Assembly (NCBI RefSeq): GCF_002365595.1
Contig: NZ_DFAM01000016.1
Source of the DNA: Acinetobacter sp. UBA3106
GTDB taxonomy: Bacteria; Pseudomonadota; Gammaproteobacteria; Pseudomonadales; Moraxellaceae
Reading direction: 5' to 3' (one strand)
Length of the DNA stretch: 64,000 nt
This document shows, piece after piece, positions 18,377-26,512 of this stretch. The notes beneath the pieces are model-generated. The model had not been told where the DNA came from. It saw only the letters and a list, made by a program, of their open reading frames with translations, and searched no databases. The position numbers were made by a program, and so were the translations under genes. Position 1 is the stretch's first letter. Every line of letters begins with the position of its first letter.

Positions 18377-20095
18377 GTGCCTCATGATGTAGATCTGATT
18401 ATATTACTTGCCGTCGGCTTTGGACTGGCGCTCATTTTTGGCTATATTGCTGCGCGTATTCGTCTTCCCCCTCTAATTGGCTATTTAGTTGCGGGTATTT
18501 TAATTAGCCCGAATACCCCCGGAGTGGTAGGAGATATACATCTTGCCAATCAGTTGGCTGAACTCGGGGTGATGTTCCTGATGTTTGGTGTCGGGATGCA
18601 CTTTTCCTTAAGCGACCTGATGCAGGTACGCCGTATTGCTTTACCGGGTGCTGTTCTGCAAATTGCTGTAGCGACTTTACTCGGTATAGGCGTGACCATG
18701 ATCTGGGGCTGGAGTTTTGGTTCAGCACTGGTGTTCGGTTTAAGCCTGTCCTGTGCCAGTACGGTAGTCCTACTGAAAGCCTTGGGAGACCGAGGTCTGA
18801 TCAACTCTGTGAATGGTAAAATTGCCGTAGGCTGGTTACTGGTTGAAGATCTGGTCATGGTACTGGCTTTGGTGTTGCTTCCTGCTACAGCCGTTTTACT
18901 AGGGGGAACAGCAATTGTCGGCTCAGACCCCAATGCCAATATCTGGATGACTTTAGCTATTACGTTATTGAAAGTGGCCGGCTTTATTGCCTTTATGCTG
19001 ATCGTTGGCAAACGCCTGGTGCCATGGATTATGCAGATTGTTGCCCGCTTGGGATCGCGTGAACTGTTTACCTTAACTGTCGTTGCTGCGGCAGTATCTA
19101 TTGCATTTGGGGCGTATAAAGTTTTTGGCGTGTCGATGGCACTCGGCGCATTCTTTGCCGGAATGGTGGTTAAAGAGTCTGATTTCAGTCACCGCGCAGA
19201 AGAAGAAACCCTACCCTTACGTGAAATTTTTTCCATTTTATTCTTTGTGTCGGTAGGGATGCTGTTTGATCCGATGATTTTGGTACAGCAGCCTTGGCAG
19301 GTTCTTGCTGTGGTTGCCATTATCATGATTGGTAAAACGATCGCTGCGATGGCACTGGTACTGTTCTTTCGTTATCCTATTAATACGGCTTTAACCGTCG
19401 GTGCCAGTCTTGCACAAATTGGTGAATTTTCATTTATTCTGGCGACCTTAGGGGTCTCACTGCATCTGTTGTCTTTAGATGGTCAAAACCTGATTTTAGC
19501 CGGCGCACTCATCTCCATTACCTTAAACTCATTCGTGTTCTCTGCCATTGAACCGGTACAAAACTGGATTCGTGAACGCTCGAACTTGGCCCGTTTACTG
19601 GAACGTAGCGGTGACCCGCTGTCCATGTTGCCAGATGAAGTCTCACAAGAGTACTTGCGTGATCAGGTGGTGATTGTCGGTCATGGTGAAGTCGGTCGTC
19701 GTATTACCAAGTCATTAATGGCACAAGACATTAAGGTGGTGATTGCTGAAGAAAACCGTGAGATTGTTGAAAGTCTGCGTGCCAAAGGCATTGCTGCGGT
19801 GTCGGGGCATGCGACCGAAGCCGGTGTACTTATTCAGGCACATATTCAACATGCACGCCTGTTGGTGCTTTCTCCTATGGATATTCTGGATATTCATAAA
19901 ATTGTCGATATTGCCAAAACATTGAATCCGCAAATTCAGGTTTTGGTCTGTGCCGAAAGCAAGGAAGAAGCTGAAGTGATCCGTCGCGATAATATTGGTC
20001 AGGTTTATTTTGCCAAAGAAGAAATGGCCATCAACATGACCAATCATATTTTAAATCAGATTCAGATTGCGCATCATCAAGCACCCACACACTAA
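18377..20095 (+). CDS. Kef-type monovalent cation:proton antiporter (CPA2) with C-terminal TrkA-N/KTN domain (YbaL-like)
   Basis: About 12 TM helices, then VVIVGHGEVGRRI Rossmann motif. GTG start. Confidence 0.85.
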   Translation: MPHDVDLIILLAVGFGLALIFGYIAARIRLPPLIGYLVAGILISPNTPGVVGDIHLANQLAELGVMFLMFGVGMHFSLSDLMQVRRIALPGAVLQIAVATLLGIGVTMIWGWSFGSALVFGLSLSCASTVVLLKALGDRGLINSVNGKIAVGWLLVEDLVMVLALVLLPATAVLLGGTAIVGSDPNANIWMTLAITLLKVAGFIAFMLIVGKRLVPWIMQIVARLGSRELFTLTVVAAAVSIAFGAYKVFGVSMALGAFFAGMVVKESDFSHRAEEETLPLREIFSILFFVSVGMLFDPMILVQQPWQVLAVVAIIMIGKTIAAMALVLFFRYPINTALTVGASLAQIGEFSFILATLGVSLHLLSLDGQNLILAGALISITLNSFVFSAIEPVQNWIRERSNLARLLERSGDPLSMLPDEVSQEYLRDQVVIVGHGEVGRRITKSLMAQDIKVVIAEENREIVESLRAKGIAAVSGHATEAGVLIQAHIQHARLLVLSPMDILDIHKIVDIAKTLNPQIQVLVCAESKEEAEVIRRDNIGQVYFAKEEMAINMTNHILNQIQIAHHQAPTH

Positions 20096-20107
20096 TTTTC
20101 AGCCCAT

Positions 20108-20137
20108 AAAAAAAGCGCACTTCAGTGCGCTTTTTTT
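20108..20137. terminator. Bidirectional terminator
   Basis: aaaaaaagcgcac-ttca-gtgcgcttttttt. Confidence 0.85.
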
Positions 20138-20151
20138 AGGTTTAAATAAGC

Positions 20152-20430
20152 TTAGCTCATGTACTTTGGCTGTTCATCCACGATTTCAGCCTGCCATTCA
20201 TTGACCTGCTTTTCCATCATCGCGAACAAAGCCGCCTGCACCATATGCTGGGCAATTACTGGTGTCTGGTCACCAAGTAACGCTTTGACTTCATCATTAA
20301 ACTGAATTTTGACGAGCGGTTCTTTTTCAGAGCCTGCATTTCGCAATGCTAACTCACCACCTTCAAGTTGAACAAGTTCCAAAATCGCTTCTTGATTACC
20401 AAATAATTCTTTCAAATGTTCTATAGACAT
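20152..20430 (-). CDS. Hypothetical acidic protein (92 aa)
   Basis: The start at 20430 (MSIEHLKELF...) was chosen because GGAGGA lies 5 nt upstream. No recognisable domain. Confidence 0.5.
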   Translation of the reverse strand: MSIEHLKELFGNQEAILELVQLEGGELALRNAGSEKEPLVKIQFNDEVKALLGDQTPVIAQHMVQAALFAMMEKQVNEWQAEIVDEQPKYMS

Positions 20431-20539
20431 ATATCCTCCATGTTCAACATGGTGGCAAAGTGCTGTGTGCACTTTGCATTGCTTAGACTATTGTATATAA
20501 GGTCTGTGGCAGAAACTTCAAGAGCATTGGTCGTAAAGT

Positions 20540-21043
20540 TTAAAATTCAACCATCTCATTGCGAAAGCCATCAATTAATTGAGTCAAATCGCGATGCCAT
20601 TCACGCAGGATTTTGGTATCTGGCAACCAGGCTTGAGGAGTCTGAGTCACCTTAATAATCAGGTTGGAAGATGTTTCATCTTCAGGTTCCGGTGCACTCG
20701 GTTCCGGCGCATATTGGCACATACGGTAGGCACGTTTTAGCTCGGCAATAAACCCCTGTTTTGCCAACTGCTGCATTACGGTCACTTCAGGCGAGATTTG
20801 CCCTTTGTCTGCCATGTGTTCTTCAATCGACTTCAGGGTCGGTGCAAAGTCATTTAAACGGTAGTAACGAACCAGTTCCTGCAAAAATGCCAATACTGCA
20901 CCGTGCAAATGAAATACTGCCGCTTCACGGTGTGCTTGCGCCTGCTGAACATGATCTGTTTGCTCAGCGAGTTGACATGCAAGACGTGCAAAATACAATT
21001 TTTGATTGGTACGATCCGCATGAAAGCGCGCAACACGAGACAT
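20540..21043 (-). CDS. Conserved hypothetical helical protein (167 aa)
   Basis: Long ORF with coding-like composition. No motif I can name with confidence. Confidence 0.55.
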   Translation of the reverse strand: MSRVARFHADRTNQKLYFARLACQLAEQTDHVQQAQAHREAAVFHLHGAVLAFLQELVRYYRLNDFAPTLKSIEEHMADKGQISPEVTVMQQLAKQGFIAELKRAYRMCQYAPEPSAPEPEDETSSNLIIKVTQTPQAWLPDTKILREWHRDLTQLIDGFRNEMVEF

Positions 21044-21479
21044 GGTGATTTCCTAAATTCTGGCGTGAGTTACATCACTAAGAGTAAACTTAATTTTACT
21101 CGATGCACAATAAAAAATTATGCACGATTCATTTTAATTAAATAGATTTTGCGCTTTGCCTGTACAGCAATTGGTGAGTCGATAGGCATACATTGTTATC
21201 ACCAAGGCAATAACCTGCTGTCCAGTATGTAGCACTGCTGCAATTCCATTTTCTTGTCAGGGATGAACTGACTCCATAGCCACTCTTTTGACTACAAAAA
21301 CTTGCACTTGATGACCCGCATTGGTCCGGCAAGTTTTATTTACTACATTCCACCAATCTTGCACATTTAACAGTTTGGATTGCTTAAGACGTATTTCTAA
21401 TTCATTTTGTTCTTGAGCAATTTACCGTCCAGCAGCTGCTACTCTAAAAACTGGAAAACGCCATTTCTTTTCCATGCAT

Positions 21480-21503
21480 AAAAAAAGGAGCATCGCTCCT
21501 TTT
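21480..21503 (-). terminator. Rho-independent terminator of the RRM-protein gene
   Basis: Minus-strand RNA reads ggagc-gau-gcucc followed by UUUUUUU. Confidence 0.75.
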
Positions 21504-21508
21504 ATTGT

Positions 21509-21763
21509 TTATTCTGCTGCCGGCTTGTCTTCAGCCTGCTTGACGCGAATACCCTGTCCATGCAAACGCAAAGTATTTAAGCCTTTAATCGCTTTCACTG
21601 CTTCACGACCATGCGGCATTTCCACAAAAGCAAAGCCTTTTGATTTACCTGTTGCAGCATCTAAAACCAAAGTGCATGAATCTACTGTGCCATATTGCTT
21701 GAACAATTCAAGCAATTCAGCTTCTGTCACTGTACGTTCTAAATTACGAACTAAAATTTTCAT
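21509..21763 (-). CDS. RRM-type (RNP-1) RNA-binding protein
   Basis: 84 aa with MKILVRNL (RNP-2) and KGFAFVEM (RNP-1) motifs. Confidence 0.85.
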   Translation of the reverse strand: MKILVRNLERTVTEAELLELFKQYGTVDSCTLVLDAATGKSKGFAFVEMPHGREAVKAIKGLNTLRLHGQGIRVKQAEDKPAAE

Positions 21764-21840
21764 CTGATGACCTTAAAATAGGCTAAAAAAACCAAAAAGC
21801 ACTCGCCTACTTACTTTTTGCACTTCAATATTGAGATAGT

Positions 21841-23832
21841 TTAATCGAGATCGATACCAAAATCTAAATTAATCGATTGCCGTTCAATTAAGGCACTTTT
21901 TACCGTTTGTTGACGCTGCTTGTAATGGGTTTCAGTCGTACAGAGGTTGCGGGTCAAGTCATTGAGGAAATAACTTTCAACTTTACGCCCCTGTTCATCG
22001 ACCTGATCCCGTGCCCACAGATTCAGGTTCTGTTTGGTTAGGATCAGTTCATCCTTGGCACGGGTTAAAGCCACATACAAGACCCGGCGTTCCTCTTCGA
22101 CGTCGTCGAAATTGCCCGAAGCTCGTGCATGTGGATACTGTCCCGCAGAAACATTCGCGACATAGCAAATCTTCTGCTCTGTGCCTTTGGCAGAATGAAT
22201 GGTGATGAGGGTTACAACATCATCTTCAGACTGGCGTTCTATTTCACTGATTGATACCGGATCGAGCACATATTCTTCCAAAAACTCACTCAGCTGATCA
22301 TGTTTGGTGGCCAGCTGTTTGACCAGGTCAAAATCGCCCATCCGTTTCGACCAGTCTTTCTTGGCGTAGTTTTCTTCCAACTGTTCGACCAAGGCTTCTA
22401 TCCCTAAAGTGACACAAGCTTGCACCTGATCTTTTAATACCGACATTTGCTTCATAATCAGCAAGGTCTTTTCAGGAATACGGCCAAATTTTTCCAGTTT
22501 GTCAAAAATCAGTTCGACATCGTCTTGCTGCAGTAGCTGCTGCGCCAGTTTACTGGCACCGACATCACCCACTCCGTTCCACAGGGTCAGAAAACGCATC
22601 CAGGCAATATCATCCAAAGGATTAGCAATGACCCGTAATAAACTGAGCAGGTCTTTGACATGCGCTGTTTCTAGCAGTTTCATGCCGCCAATAAAGCGGT
22701 AAGGCACATTAGCCTGAATAAAGGCCGCCTCAATGTGACGCGCAGCAAAACTGGAACGCACCAGCACCATATGGTCATGCCATGGCGTGCCTTCCAGAAA
22801 ATGCCGCTCTTTAATATCAATGGCAATCCATTTGGCTTCATCAAACTCGTTCGGGAAAATATGCAGTTTGGGTTTAATGCCCTCTCCACGATGTGCATCC
22901 AGACGTTTGTCATATTTGATCGGACTTTGATCGAGCAGCCAGTTAGACAGATCTAGAATTTGCTGTGTTGAACGGTAATTTTGTTCCAGTTTAAAAATCT
23001 GCGCATCCGGTACGCGTTCTTTAAAATAGTGGATATTTTCAAAGTCCGCACCACGAAAGCCATAAATGGATTGGGCATCATCACCAACACAGAACAGACT
23101 GACTTTATCTTTTAACGGTTCCAGCAAAGCCCATTGCAGCGGATTGGTATCCTGCATTTCATCCACCAGCATGTGCTGACAAATCGAGGCTACATAATCA
23201 CAGAGACCTTCAGATTGCGCCAGTGCTGATGCGACCACCGCCAAAATATCGTCATAGTCCAGAAAGCTACGGGCACGTTTTCGTGTTTCGTATTCTTTCA
23301 TGATATCGGCGATTTGATCTTTATATTCCAAAAATTCAGGATGCTGTTTTTCTAGGGAAATACTGAGTTTTTGTCGGGTATTGCGGGCAAAAGAATACAG
23401 GTCACACAGCTGCTGCGGCTTAGGCAAGGCATTGGGATTTTTTTTATCATCCTTTCCGCGAATCAGACGGAACATCATCAACTGATCATCACGATCAATA
23501 ATCGAGAATTGCTCTAAGCCAAATGCTTTCGGAATACGGCGCAGCAGATACATGCAGAAGGTATGAAAAGTCGAAGCTCGCAAGCCTTTAGCCTGCTCGC
23601 CCAAAGCCAATTCGACCCGTGCCACAATTTCACTGGCTGAACGTCGGGTAAAGGTTAAAATTTGAATTTGATTGGCCGGCACACCTTGATCAATCAGGTA
23701 AGCCGCACGTGCCACAATGGTTTTGGTTTTGCCACAGCCCGCCCCTGCAAGTACCAGACTATGCTTTGCCTCGGTCGTGGCAGCCTGTTTTTGTTGCGGA
23801 TTTAATTCATTAATCAGGGTGGCTAAACTCAT
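21841..23832 (-). CDS. UvrD/Rep-type SF1 DNA helicase, divergent paralogue
   Basis: Walker A AGAGCGKT, motif Ia TFTRRSA (canonical UvrD/Rep has TFTNKAA), DEMQD, and the C-terminal TIHSAKGTE...VALTRAK. Confidence 0.8.
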   Translation of the reverse strand: MSLATLINELNPQQKQAATTEAKHSLVLAGAGCGKTKTIVARAAYLIDQGVPANQIQILTFTRRSASEIVARVELALGEQAKGLRASTFHTFCMYLLRRIPKAFGLEQFSIIDRDDQLMMFRLIRGKDDKKNPNALPKPQQLCDLYSFARNTRQKLSISLEKQHPEFLEYKDQIADIMKEYETRKRARSFLDYDDILAVVASALAQSEGLCDYVASICQHMLVDEMQDTNPLQWALLEPLKDKVSLFCVGDDAQSIYGFRGADFENIHYFKERVPDAQIFKLEQNYRSTQQILDLSNWLLDQSPIKYDKRLDAHRGEGIKPKLHIFPNEFDEAKWIAIDIKERHFLEGTPWHDHMVLVRSSFAARHIEAAFIQANVPYRFIGGMKLLETAHVKDLLSLLRVIANPLDDIAWMRFLTLWNGVGDVGASKLAQQLLQQDDVELIFDKLEKFGRIPEKTLLIMKQMSVLKDQVQACVTLGIEALVEQLEENYAKKDWSKRMGDFDLVKQLATKHDQLSEFLEEYVLDPVSISEIERQSEDDVVTLITIHSAKGTEQKICYVANVSAGQYPHARASGNFDDVEEERRVLYVALTRAKDELILTKQNLNLWARDQVDEQGRKVESYFLNDLTRNLCTTETHYKQRQQTVKSALIERQSINLDFGIDLD

Positions 23833-23936
23833 GGTGTCTCATCGTGCTAGATAGATGAATAGTTTAACAGAGCTGACCATAAATCTGAGATTGATCAACT
23901 TAAAAATTGAATCTATCCCTATATTTTGCCATCCAG

Positions 23937-24031
23937 AAAGGCGACATGGATGTCGCCTGTTGAACTGTGAAACATGGATGTTGAATCAGTTCAACAAAGG
24001 ATTTTTGTTACTTTTCATCCTTGAAAAGTAA
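23937..24031 (+). repeat. Structured ~95-nt repeat, copy A (three stem-loops, two with C[AUGGAU]G hexaloops)
   Basis: ggcgac[atggat]gtcgcc spans 23940-23957. gttgaactg..aac[atggat]gtt..cagttcaac spans 23959-23995. ttacttttca[tcct]tgaaaagtaa spans 24008-24031. It is homologous to 34212-34306. Confidence 0.75.
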
Positions 24032-24108
24032 ATTTGCCTACCCAAAAACCCATGCTAAAGCTATTCATTGGAGGCCATGACACTCTCTACTTTTAGAATT
24101 CAGCATAA

Positions 24109-25254
24109 TCACTTTTCAAGTTTGCTTAACACCCCAACTACCACATCCTCCAAGTGCATTTCTGCATTTTGCATTGCATCTTCTAAATCAAAATTAGGTG
24201 GATTAATCCCTACAATTTGAGTAAAGCCCAAGTCATATAACTCATCAATGCCATCGCCAACTAGACCCGCAAAAGCAATCACAGGCTTATTCAATCGCTT
24301 GGCGACCTGCGCCACACCAAACGGCGTTTTGCCAAATTTAGTCTGGAAATCAATCTTGCCTTCACCAGTAAATACATAATCCGCCTGAGCAATTTTCTCT
24401 GCCAATTTGGTCTGTTCAATTACAAGCTCGACACCTGAACGAATCTTGGCACCTGCAAATGCCATCAAACCAAAACCCAAGCCACCTGCTGCCCCTGCAC
24501 CCGCAATCTCCCGATAATTTATTCCAAGTTGCTGCTCCACGACATCAGCAAAATGATTTAAGTTATTATCCAGAATTTTCACCATTTCAGCTGTAGCGCC
24601 TTTTTGTGGCCCAAAAACATACGATGCGCCGTTTATTCCAGTCAGAGGATTATTCACATCACTAGCAATGAGGATTTCTGTGTGCTTTAAACGTGAATCC
24701 AAACCTGTAGTATCAATCATTCTGATTTGATCAAGTTGCCCGCCACCTACTGCAACTTCGGTATTGTGTGCATCTAAAAATTTCACCCCTAAAGCTTGTA
24801 CCATACCTGCACCTGCATCATTGGTCACACTGCCACCCAAACCGATAATAATTTTAGAAACGCCTAAATCCAGTGCTGCTTTGATCATCTCTCCTGTGCC
24901 CAAAGTGGTGGTGAGCAAAGGATTACGCTGGGCAAATTCAATCAGATGAATGCCATTGGCTTTCGCCATTTCAATAACTGCTGTTTTGCCTTCATCCACC
25001 AAGCCAAAATAAGTTTTTACTTTTTTTACAAGCAAAGGTCCTGTAACTTCACATGCAATTTTTTGTCCCTTTAAACTTGAGACTAATGCATCGACTGTGC
25101 CCTCGCCGCCATCTGCCATAGTAACTGAAATGCAAATCGCATCTGTACATAACTTTTCAATACCACGTTGCATGGCCTGACAAGCCTGTTCAGTAGTCAT
25201 GCTTTCTTTAAAGGAATCGGGTGCAAGGACAAAAGTTTTAGGCATGATGTTCAA
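24109..25254 (-). CDS. Glycerate kinase
   Basis: 381 aa with APDSFKES...ADGGEGT...GGSVTNDAGAGM motifs of the glycerate kinase family. Confidence 0.9.
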   Translation of the reverse strand: MNIMPKTFVLAPDSFKESMTTEQACQAMQRGIEKLCTDAICISVTMADGGEGTVDALVSSLKGQKIACEVTGPLLVKKVKTYFGLVDEGKTAVIEMAKANGIHLIEFAQRNPLLTTTLGTGEMIKAALDLGVSKIIIGLGGSVTNDAGAGMVQALGVKFLDAHNTEVAVGGGQLDQIRMIDTTGLDSRLKHTEILIASDVNNPLTGINGASYVFGPQKGATAEMVKILDNNLNHFADVVEQQLGINYREIAGAGAAGGLGFGLMAFAGAKIRSGVELVIEQTKLAEKIAQADYVFTGEGKIDFQTKFGKTPFGVAQVAKRLNKPVIAFAGLVGDGIDELYDLGFTQIVGINPPNFDLEDAMQNAEMHLEDVVVGVLSKLEK

Positions 25255-25418
25255 AAAATGAAATGAATAAATCTTTTATACAATAAAATAAATTCCCTAG
25301 AGCACTCTTTAACTAAATTGGATTTAAATATCGGCAGAATTTTTGAGTACTTCATGTTCGAGATAGGAAGCTAAAGTGAGATAGGGAATCTTAAAACTTT
25401 CAACCTTATCTACAGCTT

Positions 25419-26177
25419 TTATTTTTTCCAACCGAGTTCAAGCGCACTTATTTCATTGATTAATGTCTGCTGCAAAGTGTCAGGCATCTTGCTTTTATCA
25501 TTTGACACAGGAATGTGCCCTGCCATTAACTCTGCTTTGGCTTGAGGAAATAAAGGCTGTTGATTCGGATAAGCATAACCTATCGGATACAGCGGCTGTC
25601 CTGTTGCTAAATCATATTTATCGGTCGCACCAAAGGCATGGAGTAATTCATGAACCAGCACAATCTTGTTTTGTTCTGACTGTTTTTTAGAAGCAAACAA
25701 ATTGACTGAACCAATACGGCCTTTTTGCAAGGCAGTAGAATGTTTTAATTCTTTCATTATTTCAGGATCATAATAATTTAAAAATAATGTCACTGTAGGT
25801 GAACCATCGATACTTTCATGCTGTTTCCAGGCATAAAAGCGAAACTTTAAGCTCCATAAAATGGTATCCAGTATCGTTGCCTGTGCAGGCACTTTGGGAG
25901 GTAATCTGTTGAGTTCACGACCCAACTGAAAATAAATCGCGATCGGCTGTCCACGATACTGTGCCGACATCTGCTGGAGATATTCTTGCGCCCCTTTTAA
26001 CTCAGAGAGATTTAGGGATTGAATATAGTTTTGTGTGGCAGCCCGTCCATCTGCATTGATGGGATGTAACATGACAATAATGGGCTTGGACCAATCCTGA
26101 TTTTGGTCACGGTAAGCATTGACTGCCACAATCAATAAAATGATGAGTAAACACAGTATCCGAATATTTTTCCACAT
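25419..26177 (-). CDS. Membrane-anchored hypothetical protein with an HExxH zinc-metallopeptidase-like motif
   Basis: N-terminal TM (ILCLLIILLIVAV). VLVHELLHAFGATDKY contains HELLH. Any peptidase function is inferred only. Confidence 0.5.
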   Translation of the reverse strand: MWKNIRILCLLIILLIVAVNAYRDQNQDWSKPIIVMLHPINADGRAATQNYIQSLNLSELKGAQEYLQQMSAQYRGQPIAIYFQLGRELNRLPPKVPAQATILDTILWSLKFRFYAWKQHESIDGSPTVTLFLNYYDPEIMKELKHSTALQKGRIGSVNLFASKKQSEQNKIVLVHELLHAFGATDKYDLATGQPLYPIGYAYPNQQPLFPQAKAELMAGHIPVSNDKSKMPDTLQQTLINEISALELGWKK

Positions 26178-26280
26178 TTCCTCAACATCTCAATCTTTTG
26201 TATTTATTTTCAACGATCATTAAAACATATAAGTATAGCGGAGTCTTTCCATTCAACCATGAATAGTGGGAGCTCATTCA

Positions 26281-26304
26281 GTACTTTTTGCCGTCAAAAA
26301 GTAC
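26281..26304 (+). repeat. Degenerate fragment related to stem-loop 3 of the 95-nt repeat
   Basis: Compare gtactttttgccgtcaaaaagtac with ttacttttgccgaaacaaaagtaa at 34283-34306. The upstream part (26243-26280) has lost the GGA loops. Confidence 0.35.
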
Positions 26305-26471
26305 CCAAAAACTGTGTCATGTACAAAACTCGGTAACTTCCGTCTTTTATCTATTTTAGCGCTGAAACAGTATTTTACCGATGTAGTCCTGTCTCGAACA
26401 ATTGTGCATGACCTTGCCACGTGTTCAAATAATTTTTGACAAATCATGCTCAATTCAATTTATAAAACAAT

Positions 26472-26499
26472 AAAAATGCCGACTTTCGTCAGCATTTTT
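26472..26499 (-). terminator. Rho-independent terminator of topA
   Basis: Minus-strand RNA reads augcugac-gaaa-gucggcau followed by UUUUU. Confidence 0.7.
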
Positions 26500-26512
26500 C
26501 AGAACTTAAAAC

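Noticed and set aside
18550-19011. 153-aa ORF on the minus strand inside the Kef-type antiporter gene (also 18504..18728)
   Set aside because: It lies entirely antisense to a long ORF with clear transporter homology. Its sequence is low-complexity and Ser/Thr/Pro/Ala-rich, which is typical of the shadow frame of a hydrophobic protein.
21138-21332. 64-aa Cys/Ser-rich minus-strand ORF
   Set aside because: It is in a different frame from the longer broken reading frame in the same gap and has no start context. It was treated as noise within a probable pseudogene remnant.
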